NCBI GenBank assembly: GCA_965206595.1
Contig: OZ242214.1
Location: 3,168,001 to 3,232,000 of the forward strand
DNA: 64,000 nt
From: Candidatus Latescibacterota bacterium
GTDB taxonomy: Bacteria; Latescibacterota; UBA2968; UBA8231
Reading direction: 5' to 3'
Numbering within the stretch: the first letter of the stretch is position 1; each line of letters begins with the position of its first letter. The notes under the pieces are model-generated. The model was not told the origin of the DNA, made no database searches, and saw only the letters and a list, made by a program, of their open reading frames with translations. Positions 40,124-49,663 of this stretch are shown piece after piece. Both the position numbers and the translations under genes were made by a program.

Positions 40124-40930
40124 TCGGCATAAACGAGGGAGGTTACGGGCCCCTCCCCTAGTTCATTACGCTGCAGGCTTTTGGAGGCGTCATAAAATTC
40201 CACTTGGTTTCTTTTTAAAAAACTAAACTCTGCCGATTCCGCCACATAGTCGTGCGAACCGGCAGAGGATAGCCACCCCTTGACATTCGCCTCGTACGCT
40301 AACAACCAGTGCTCGTCGTATAACTCGTCGGTTGTCATCTTCGCCGAGGGACCACTAGTAGACACATTTTTGGAAATCAGATTGAGGTCCCGCGCATGCA
40401 ACAATACAAGTGTGACAACGGAATCCTCCATTGCCATGGCTTTTTTTGGCAACAGCGTCTTCAATTGAGATCTGAAACTCGATAGCACACCACAGTGCCC
40501 ATGCGACTTCACTGCTGTGGCCTAGTGGTGCGTGTCGAAGGATAAGCTGATTCAACACCTCTTCGAGGAGGATACGGTTTATGGAATAACCTGCGGATTC
40601 GTAGTTGACCAAAGTCTTTACGATTCGCTGAACTGTTCCAGGTTCGTTGGTTGCCGACTGAAGAAGGAGACTCTCTGCAAGTTCCCAATTCTCTATTTGA
40701 ACGGTGACGGATCCTAATCTCGCGACAGCGTAGTTCAGAACTGGATCGATAGGAAATTCACACGAAAGCTCAAAGGCGCGGTCAAAATATGCTATCAGAT
40801 CTGAGTGCTGAGCACGTGCTTGGTCGCGGAAGATGAAGGTACGCAGCTCGGAAACCCACTTTGGTTCGATCCCAATTGGAAGCTCGGTTATCAGAGTTTT
40901 ATTAGGATTTAGCGCCAGTCCGAATTCCCC
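40120..40930 (-). pseudogene. C-terminal half of an Abi/DRT-like reverse transcriptase
   Basis: Reads GEFGLALNPNKT (end of RT palm) ... GHSSEVAWALW ... EHWLLAYEANVKGWL; frameshift at T7 40441-40447; cut off by IS5. Confidence 0.72.
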
Positions 40931-41787
40931 GGAACCTATCTCAAAATTGAGATTGTTTAAGTAAAATCAAAATGGATGCAAGTTGGACGAAGCCAAGAAA
41001 ATTCTCCGGATACAATTCCCAGCGAGTGATCACTCGACGCTGCCATTGAAGCCAAGCAAAGAATCTCTCAACCATCCAAGGCCGCACATAACGCCGCAAT
41101 CGCCGTCCGTCCTGAGTCTTTTTCTTGGTCCGATTCTGGCGATGCGGGGCGATCATCTCGATCCCGTCTTTCTTAAGCTCTTCATCCAACGAATCGCTGT
41201 CGTACGCCTTGTCGCCGATCAAGTTGTCAGGTTGGTCTTCGATCAGGTAAAAGTCAAAGGTCAACTGAACCAGCGTCACTTCATGATGGTTCGCTGCATG
41301 CGTGCTCACCGACAAGGGAAGCCCATTGCCGTCCACGATCCCCATGACCCGCACCCCCTTACCTCGCCTGGTGTGGCCGATATCGGCACCTCCACCCTTG
41401 GCCGCCGAGAACAGGCCATCGATGAAAGCCTCCGATTCGTCCAGACCCCCCTTGCTCGTGAAGGGTCTGGGCCAGGTCCATGAGAACTTCGCGCACCACC
41501 CCTTGACGACACCCGTTTTGAAAACGGCGATGCACGGTTTTGTAGTTCGGATAGCACTGCGGCAACATAGGCCATTGAGCCCCGGTGTTTAGAATCCAAA
41601 GGACGGCTTCAAAAACATCACGCGTGCAAACCGGTTTGCGACCCGGATGGCTCTTGGGACGAAGTTCTTCAGGAAAGTGATGGCGGATTCGTTGCCATTG
41701 CATGTCGGTCAGATTGACCATACACCAATGGTACATCACTGTCATTTCGAAAACAAGTTTAAGTTTGCCTATTTTGAGATAGGTTCC
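40931..41787 (-). mobile_element. IS5-family element with frameshifted transposase (41721-40941)
   Basis: Perfect 17-bp TIRs GGAACCTATCTCAAAAT (40931-47) / ATTTTGAGATAGGTTCC (41771-87); LIGDKAYDSD, VERFFAWL; extra G at ~41446-51. Confidence 0.9.
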
Positions 41788-42000
41788 AGGCATAGTGCCC
41801 CTGTCGGTGTTGGCAGAAACCTCCGCCGCTATGCGTTTGGTGAGCCGGTCTTTCATTCCCATGACGATAATCTTTCCTGCGGTGCCCCGGCCCTTTCCGA
41901 AATATGCCTCATCTATTTCCGCCTCGGTGCAGTTGACCGGTTCAGGCTCTCCCCACGCTTCGCGGATACGATGGGATACGGACCATGATGTCCGCTGCTT
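41788..42000 (-). mobile_element. IS1595-family transposase internal fragment
   Basis: QRTSW...HRIREAW...EIDEAYFG...GRGTAGK...GMKDR. Confidence 0.75.
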
Positions 42001-42823
42001 TAGTGTCCCGTCCCAGGAATATCTTGTAAAAATGTGATCTTCTCATTAGGTTTCCCCTAATAGGGATACCGCAAGGAGGAACCTAATGGCACTGGGACGT
42101 CCCCTGAAGCCGCTCACCCTCAGTGACGAAGTTCGTGCCCAACTCGAATCCATGGCCCGTTCCCGTAGCCTGCCTCATGCGCATGTGCGGCGAGCCAAGA
42201 TCGTCTTGATGAGCGATGAGGGGCTCACCAATCAACAGATCGGTCAGCATCTTGGGCTGTCGGGCGTTTCGGTTGGCAAGGGGCGCCGTCGTTTCTGCGA
42301 ACAAGGCCTGATGGGGCTCTACGATGAGCTGCGCCCCGGGGGTCCGCGCTCGATAAGCGATGAGGAAGTCGCCGCGTTGATTCATAAGACGCTCGAGCAT
42401 CCACCGAAGGGGGCCACGCACTGGACGTGCCGTTCCCTCGCCGCCGAGGCCAACCTCTCCAAGTCCACCGTTCAACGAGTATGGAAAGCGTTGGGTCTGC
42501 AGCCGCATCGACAGAAGCACTTCAAGCTGTCCAACGACCCTTTTTTTTGTGGACAAAGTCAGAGACATCGTAGGCCTCTACCTGAACCCTCCGGACAAGG
42601 CCATGGTGTTATGCGTCGACGAGAAGAGCCAGATCCAGGCCCTGGAACGGACGCAGCCGATTCTGCCTTTGGGCCTGGGCTATGTGGAAGGCGTTACGCA
42701 CAGCTATATCCGGCACGGCACCACGACCTTGTTCGCGGCGCTCGAAATCGCATCGGGCAAGGTCCTGACCCAATGCAAACCCCGGCATCGGCACCAGGAA
42801 TTCCTGCAGTTCCTCAAATACAT
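42001..42823 (+). mobile_element. IS630-family element, frameshifted and 3'-truncated
   Basis: TA-GTGTCCCG left end; [39 protein letters not shown]; +1 at T8 42541-48. Confidence 0.88.
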
Positions 42824-44269
42824 GGCTCCTCTGGAGAATCTGTGGGTGAGGAGGGGAGGCTGCGGCGATGGGAATAGAGGAGGCCAGGTAGCCCAGGCGC
42901 ATCATCCCCCGGTATGTTGGGACAGTCCACCAAGACGGAACCCAACTACCTGTGGAGGGAATGATGCGCCTGATCACGGTACTAAACCGGTGCACGACCT
43001 TCAAGCGGTTTGTGTTTGAGGGCAGTCATTTTGACCGGCACGGAAGGATAATGGTGAGGATAAGGCCACGGAAAAACTCCCGGGGCGCGTGCAGCGGCTG
43101 CGGTCACTTGGCCCCCACCTATGACACGGCCCCCGAGGCCCGGCTGTTCGAGTTTGTTCCCCTCTGGGGGTTTCCGGTCTTTCTGGTGTATCGCATGCGC
43201 CGGGTTGCCTGCAAAGCCTGCGGCCGGGTGGTCGTCGAGAAGGTCCCCTGGAGCACGGGCAAGCACCACCTGACCGACCTCTACCGCTGCTTCCTGGCCC
43301 AGGGGGCCAAAAAACTGTCGTGGATCGAGGTGGCGCGTTCCTTCCGGACCCGTTGGGACAAGGTCTACCACTCCGTCCAGTACGTCGTGGACTATGGGCT
43401 CGCTCATCGCTGCCTCGACCAGGTCACGGCCCTCGGCGTGGATGAAATCCAGTATCGTAAGGGGCCTCATTATCTGACGTTGCTGTACCAGATCGACCCC
43501 CACCGCCGCCGCCTGTTGTGGATGGGCGAGAAGCGGACGAAGAAGGCCTTGAACGACGGCTTTACCGAACGGGAGCAGGAGCACCGGCGCAAGCAGGAAG
43601 CCGGCGGCGAGCAGGAGCCGACCCGTTTCCTCGACCAGATTACCGTCATCTGCTCTGATATCTGGAAAGCCTACCTCGACGTTATCAGCAAGCGGCTCCC
43701 CACCGCGGTACCTATTCTCGACCGTTTTCACCTCATGCAGCACTTCAGCAAGGCCCTCGACAAAGTCCGTGCCGAAGAGGCCCGCAGACTCAAAGAACAG
43801 GGCCAGGATCCGGTCCTGAGCAAGAGCCGCTGGTGCTTCCTGAAGCGCAAGGAGAACCTCAGCGACTCCCCCCCAAGGCTTGAAGCTGTCGGAGCTATTG
43901 AAGATGAACCTGCGGACGGTCAGAGCCTACCTGCTCAAGGAGGACTTCCAGCGCTTCTGGGACTACACCTACTCCGCGTGGGCTGAGAAGTTCCTCCAGC
44001 GCGGGTGTTTCCGTACGATGAGAAGCAACATCGAACCGATGAAAGACATCGCCGGAATGCTGCGGCGTCACCAAGAGCTCATCCTCAATTGGTTCAGGGC
44101 CAGGAAGCAGTTCAACAACGGCATGGTCGAGGGCTTGAGCCTGAAATGGAATCTGACAGGGAGAAAAGCATTCGGATGCCGCACCTTCAAGGCACTCCAA
44201 ATCGCTTCATTCCATCAGCTCGGCGATTTACCCGAGCCACAATTCACCCACGAATTCTACTGACGAGCC
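42824..44269 (+). mobile_element. ISL3-family element with frameshifted transposase
   Basis: Imperfect 26-bp TIRs starting GGCTC; CSGC/CKAC zinc finger, LGVDEI, CSDIWKAY, DRFH, AYLLKE; C7 run at ~43868-74 shifts the frame. Confidence 0.9.
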
Positions 44270-45403
44270 AAAAAGGAGAATCCCGTCAGAAACGATCTCC
44301 TCGCGGCCAAGAAGCCTTTTAAACGGGAGATCTCATTATCGAATTCGGAAGTTGTGCCACTCCTGGCTTTGTCCAAGTTCACGTCCGACCTGATCAACTC
44401 GTAAGTTGAGTCTATCTGAGCCCCTACGGCGCCGAACCCTTGGTCGATGACGATTCCGACCTTTTTCCAGAACGACTCGCGCCAAGTGTCATACTCCATT
44501 AACCTCTGAAATAGAAGGTGGTATCGAAAATGGGAATGCTGAAAGACAGTCTCAAGATCCGCACGGTATTCCCCGGACCAGTGATTCCCGAATGAAGCAT
44601 CGTGATCCCAGGGCATTACTTGCTCCAGGCGCCCACCCGGATGGAAATAGAGCAAGGTATTCTTCGTCACTGCGTCCATATTGGAGATGGCATATGTGAC
44701 TGCGTAGTATCGAAGGACACTCTCCACATTCACCATGGAAGGAATCTTCTCTTCAAAGTCCTCGTGGGTCAGATATAGGAGCTGATTGAACAGGCGCTGC
44801 AAATCGGTGTAGTTGGATTCATCCCCAGCCTTCTTGTTCCAGGACGAAAGGTAGTTATCGTACTCCAGCAACGGCGCCGTACTGCCTCCGTGATCCTCGG
44901 ATTTGTAGAGACTTCCGAGCTCATGCTCGTAACGTCTCAGGAAGTCTTTGTTCGTCTCCTCTACCTGGACAAAGACGCCCATAAAGTCGTCGTTGACGAT
45001 TAGGCTGACGTGTTTGGTATTCGGGGCCGGATGGCCAAGGAATTGAAAACAGCTTCATGGTCAGGACGTTGCGCATCAATGAAAGATCAGTGTATTCCGC
45101 ATTGAGATTGACCTCCCTTGCTCCGATGGGATTGGAGTAATCCTCAAACCAGATTTTCCAACTTTTCTTCGGGTACTTCCGGGCGGTGGCGCCGCGGAAT
45201 CGAACCTGGCACTCGCGAGATTGGCCGACGAAGGTGAATCGGGCTGGATAGCGGACGTCGCTGTGTGGTGCCTGATATAGAGAACTCAGGTCGTCGGGAT
45301 CGACGGTCAGGCGATATACAGGCAATTCGAGCCGATGATCTTGGGCCTGGAGGAAGGGTGCATGAATAACCACCAGGAAAAAAACGAGAACCGGCAACCT
45401 CAT
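44270..45403 (-). pseudogene. CotH-kinase family protein, frameshifted (~45046) and truncated by ISL3
   Basis: Signal peptide, VRFRG, KKSWKI, NAEYTD...MRN, PWDHDASFG. Confidence 0.82.
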
Positions 45404-45570
45404 TTACAAAAAGCCTTCGCAGAGAATCCTAAGGGGGACCGCCCGCACCGCCCCTGCCCTCCCGGCGAAGGGCGCCATCCCCGTCCTCCAGAAGGCAGGT
45501 GATCGATCAAGGTCCTGAGTGATGGCCGTGCAGGGAATACACCGGCAACGGGCGGGCATCGGCAGAGGCC

Positions 45571-46341
45571 TCACACCACGATGTCGGTTCCACTGCCTGC
45601 TCCCTCGAGACAATTGTCGATCACGTACCGGTATTTCGAGTATCCGCGCTGGACAAGGGAGAAACGCTTGATGAGGTCCAGCGCCCAGAAAGGCACCAGG
45701 GATTCGGTCTTGATCTCCATGACGACGGGGGACTCCGCCCACTGAGCGGTGACCGCGTCGTCGTAGTAGCTCATCTCCTCATCATGGCTCGACAGGTCGT
45801 ACGAACCGCGCATCAGCCGGTAGCGCATAGCGCGGTCGAACGTAATGCGTCCGTAGGCGTCCACGTCGCTGACGAAGGGCTGCCGGTGGTAGCGGAGATG
45901 GAGCACGGGCTCGGTGCCGTACAGATGATGGACGTCGACGAAGGACCGCGGCAGGGCATCGTACGTCGGCGAGGTGCGTTCGCTCCTGGCGATTTCGAGC
46001 ACCCCGGGCCACTCCGTCATAGCGATTCGGTCGCGGACCTTCCAGACGGTGCGGTTGTGCCGGTACTTGACCTCGAGGGTGGCAGACTCGACGGCGCCGG
46101 TTCCGTAATAGCGGACCCTGGGTTTGAACCGCAGCAGCTCGCGCAGCCTGGTGTCGTGGTAGAAGCGCAACCCGGGAGTATCCATGTACACGCTGTTGAC
46201 CGTGTAGGCTCCCTGCTCCCTGGGGACGTTGGCGTCGAGCGAAAACAGCGGCTTGATGAAATCGCGAATTTCCGCGGCCTGCGGCTCGGTCACGGTGTAC
46301 TTCAACTCGTAGCGGTGGATCGCAGGCAGCTCAACTGCCAT
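45571..46341 (-). CDS. VTC (polyphosphate polymerase) domain protein
   Basis: RYELKY, VNSVYMDT, KPRVRYY, LEVK, RITFD, MEIK, YSKY. Confidence 0.88.
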   Translation of the reverse strand: MAVELPAIHRYELKYTVTEPQAAEIRDFIKPLFSLDANVPREQGAYTVNSVYMDTPGLRFYHDTRLRELLRFKPRVRYYGTGAVESATLEVKYRHNRTVWKVRDRIAMTEWPGVLEIARSERTSPTYDALPRSFVDVHHLYGTEPVLHLRYHRQPFVSDVDAYGRITFDRAMRYRLMRGSYDLSSHDEEMSYYDDAVTAQWAESPVVMEIKTESLVPFWALDLIKRFSLVQRGYSKYRYVIDNCLEGAGSGTDIVV

Positions 46342-47644
46342 CGTGCCCCACCTCTTTCTGCAGAACCCCCGGATCCTCTATGCCCAGCTCGTAGTACAGG
46401 AAATAGAGGGCGTGCGCCAGTTCGCGTTGGCTCTCGGCGATTGCGACCCGCGCATCCATGATCGTGCGCTCGAGCTCGAGGATTTCGTCAGCCGGCACGG
46501 TAGGGTAGTCCCGTGTCTCGGCGATCACCAGCGACGATGCCTGGATGACGGCCTCGCCCTCCTGGAGGGTCAGGTCGCGGGCGAGCAGTGTCTCCGTGTA
46601 GTCGGAGAGCGTTTCGCGGACCTCCTCGGCGATGCGCTCGCGAACGGAAAGGACCTCGAGCCCGCTTCCCGACACCGCAAGGAAAACGCCGGCCAGGTTG
46701 CCCGCATTGCGGTTGAAGAGGGGGAGCTCCAGGCCGAACCTCAGCTCATGCCAGTCACCTTCGGAACGCTCGAAGTGTCGGGAAACCTCCAGGAAAGACA
46801 ACTGCGGCAGCCGCCGCCAGCTCTCGCGGTTTCGCCTTTCGAGGGCGAGTTGTCGCTGCTCCTCGGCCAACCGAAGCTCCGGGCGGTTGGCGTAGGCGAG
46901 GCCAAGGAGTCGCTCTTCATCCAAGGCGACTTCGGGAAGCGGCTCAGAAAGCACCTGGATCTGCGTGGAGATACCCGTGAGTCGTCGCAACCTGCGCTCT
47001 TCCTCCCGCAGTGCGTGCAAGCTGCGAAGGTGACCCTGCCGCGCTTCGGCTACGGCCGTTTTTGCTTTGACGAAGTAGACGATCGATCTCCGACCGAGGT
47101 CCATCATGGTCTCGATCTGGGAGATCCGCAGGTTCTCATTCTCAACCCGCATGGCGGCGATGCGGGCCAGTTCGGCGTGCATGGCGATATCGGCGCAGGA
47201 TCGGCGCACTCGCGAAGCCAGCCAATGCCGCTCCCGTACGGCCTCGACCTTGCGCTCCCACAAGGCTACCTGCTTCCGCTGCCGTCGCGCTCCCGCCTCT
47301 CCGGCGGAAGGAGGACGCCAGCGGATCCCTATCTCGAGTTCGTCGAACCGGGCGGTACCGGCCCGGGAGGCCAGGTTGCGGACGCGCACTTCCGGATTGT
47401 CGATCCAGTCGAGCGAGCGAATCCGGTGGGTGCGAACCTCGGTCTCTGTTTCGAGCGCACGGAGCCGCGGGTTGTTGTCCAAACCCACCGCCACCGTTGC
47501 TTCAATCGTCAGGGTCACCCCGTCCTTGTGGGCGGCGTTGTGACCGCCCGGGGCTTCGCCCGGGAGATCGGCGGAGGCTGCCGTCGAAGCGGGGATCGCA
47601 ACGAAAGGGGCCAGCACCACGAGAAACCGGCCGCCTGCTCTCAT
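46331..47644 (-). CDS. TolC-family outer-membrane efflux protein
   Basis: NNPRL, NRPEL, LELPLFNRNAG. Confidence 0.8.
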   Translation of the reverse strand: MRAGGRFLVVLAPFVAIPASTAASADLPGEAPGGHNAAHKDGVTLTIEATVAVGLDNNPRLRALETETEVRTHRIRSLDWIDNPEVRVRNLASRAGTARFDELEIGIRWRPPSAGEAGARRQRKQVALWERKVEAVRERHWLASRVRRSCADIAMHAELARIAAMRVENENLRISQIETMMDLGRRSIVYFVKAKTAVAEARQGHLRSLHALREEERRLRRLTGISTQIQVLSEPLPEVALDEERLLGLAYANRPELRLAEEQRQLALERRNRESWRRLPQLSFLEVSRHFERSEGDWHELRFGLELPLFNRNAGNLAGVFLAVSGSGLEVLSVRERIAEEVRETLSDYTETLLARDLTLQEGEAVIQASSLVIAETRDYPTVPADEILELERTIMDARVAIAESQRELAHALYFLYYELGIEDPGVLQKEVGHDGS

Positions 47645-48735
47645 CGCCCCGGTCTCCCGATTTCCGGGCCGCTCTCTTCCGCAAGGGCGCCCCACGGTGC
47701 GGACGGGCGATCGGCAAGGCGTACGCGTACGGACTCGCCGGGCAGCAGGAGGTGGCCCGGCTCGAGGAGGACACGGGCTTTTCTCGCCCACAACATCTGC
47801 CCGCGCAGCCACAGTCTCTCAGGCATAGGTGAGTACCCCGGATGCACGAAGTCGATCCTCCCTCTGGCGTCGAACTCGCTCGACCGCCTCGACATCACTT
47901 CCACCTTCTGCCCGACATCGACCTGCAGGTCCTTCGTCTCCGGGACATACACTTCAACCGCGGAGGCGTGGGCGCTCTCCACGGAAACAATGGGCACGAA
48001 GGCATCGACCGTACTTCCTTGCAAGGCCAGGATCTCGGAGACCGATCCCGCACACGGCGACCTGACCGTCCGGTACTCGATGCGCTGATCGATCAGGGCG
48101 AGTGACTGCCGGACCTCGTGCAGGCGCTGCACCCGGTCCCCGAGAAGCGAAATCATGATGCTGTCGCCATAGGCACTCGAACCGCCGGCGCCAAGGTTGA
48201 GCACATCGGGCCGAATGAGGGCCGACTGTTCGGCTACCGACTGCTCCAGGGCATCGCGGCGGATGGTCATGCGGGTCAGATCGCGATCCTGTCCCAGGCC
48301 GGCTTTCTCCGCTGCCGCAAGGGCGTCGATTTCCCGGCCGAGGGCCTCGAGCTCGGCCTCCTCCGCCTTGACGGCGGCGTACTGCTCGGACACGCGCAGT
48401 CGCAAAAGGTCGTACTCGACGCTGTATCGACGCCGGTCTGCAGTTACTATCGACTCCAGGGCGGCCAGCTCTTCTTCACGTAGTCGTTTTTCCGCCAACA
48501 GATCCGAGGCGTCCAGGCGAGCCAGGACCTGTCCGGAAACGACGCTTTCCCCCACGGCGGTACTCACCTCCTGGATGGCACCTCCCTCGCGAGCGCCCAC
48601 CGATCGCACCGTCGATACCACCGTGCCGATCAGGTACGGGTCGGCACGCCACTCCCGATAGCCGTAGGCCGCGGCAAGCACGCCCGCCACCCACAGGGCA
48701 CGAAAAGAGTTCTTCCTCAGCCAGCGCTTCATCAA
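47641..48735 (-). CDS. HlyD-family membrane fusion protein
   Basis: N-terminal TM, split lipoyl motifs VGESVVSGQVLARLD / VRSPCAGSV, coiled coil, LLPGESV. Confidence 0.85.
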   Translation of the reverse strand: MMKRWLRKNSFRALWVAGVLAAAYGYREWRADPYLIGTVVSTVRSVGAREGGAIQEVSTAVGESVVSGQVLARLDASDLLAEKRLREEELAALESIVTADRRRYSVEYDLLRLRVSEQYAAVKAEEAELEALGREIDALAAAEKAGLGQDRDLTRMTIRRDALEQSVAEQSALIRPDVLNLGAGGSSAYGDSIMISLLGDRVQRLHEVRQSLALIDQRIEYRTVRSPCAGSVSEILALQGSTVDAFVPIVSVESAHASAVEVYVPETKDLQVDVGQKVEVMSRRSSEFDARGRIDFVHPGYSPMPERLWLRGQMLWARKARVLLEPGHLLLPGESVRVRLADRPSAPWGALAEESGPEIGRPGR

Positions 48736-49416
48736 CTACACCTCTACGGCAGAGGAGTGGTTCATGAAGGTCAGCCCGCGTATGCCTTCTATCCGTCCGA
48801 GAGCCTCGATCAGTCGGGTCGAGTCCGCTTCGTCGGCGAGTTTCACCTGGTAGGTGCAGTCGACGAGATTGCCTTGGGCGACATCGCGCATGGTGACCAG
48901 GCCGAACGTTCTCGGTACCTCTTGCAGTATCCGGGCAACCTGGGCGGCAAAGGTCGGCCCCGTCGGTATCTGGAACCGCACGAGTCCATCGAATTTCATC
49001 CGCGTGCCGAACAGGGACGCGTGCATGACTACCGCGATCGTACAGAACAGGGCGGTGGCGAAGGTGGCGGCGAGGTAGCTCTGAACGCCGCAGGCTACCC
49101 CGGCACCAAGAGCAGCGAACAGGAACACCAGATCGCGCGGATCGCGCAGGTTGGTGCGAAAACGAATGATGGCCAGCGACCCCACAATTCCGATGCCCCT
49201 GGCGACGTTGTCGCCGATCGCAATCATCAGCAGACAGGTGATGATGCTGCCGAGAACCATGGTCTGCATCAAACCGCGCGACCAGGACAGGCCCTGGAAA
49301 GTCCACTCGTACACCATTGCGATTAGGCTCGAAAGGCAAAAGGCGAATACGAGAGAGAGCAGGACCTGGTTCCAGTGGAGTTTGATCGTTCCGAAATCGA
49401 GCAACAGACTATCCAT
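48736..49416 (-). CDS. DUF4956 membrane protein
   Basis: IGDNVARGIGIVGSLAIIRFRTNLRDPRD. Confidence 0.88.
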   Translation of the reverse strand: MDSLLLDFGTIKLHWNQVLLSLVFAFCLSSLIAMVYEWTFQGLSWSRGLMQTMVLGSIITCLLMIAIGDNVARGIGIVGSLAIIRFRTNLRDPRDLVFLFAALGAGVACGVQSYLAATFATALFCTIAVVMHASLFGTRMKFDGLVRFQIPTGPTFAAQVARILQEVPRTFGLVTMRDVAQGNLVDCTYQVKLADEADSTRLIEALGRIEGIRGLTFMNHSSAVEV

Positions 49417-49663
49417 CAGACACTGACTCCTGGGCTTCTTTCAAGGTGTGACGGAGAGTGAAAGGGCGACTCCTGAGCCCTTAATATACCATTGAATTTC
49501 GAAATCCTGGTGGACACGGGCACGGAAGGAAAGAATCGCCCTGCGTCGTCCGGGCCGGCCGGGCCAAGCAAGGCCCCGCAGACCATCGACGCGTTTTTCC
49601 AGCACTATCCCCCAGCGACTTCAGAAGGCCCGGTATCCGCCGGGCTGCCGCTTGCCGACCAAA

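Noticed and set aside
29893-40930. Retron system formed by the PtuA-like ATPase and the RT remnant
   Set aside because: They are 9 kb apart with housekeeping genes between, and the RT tail is not retron-like.
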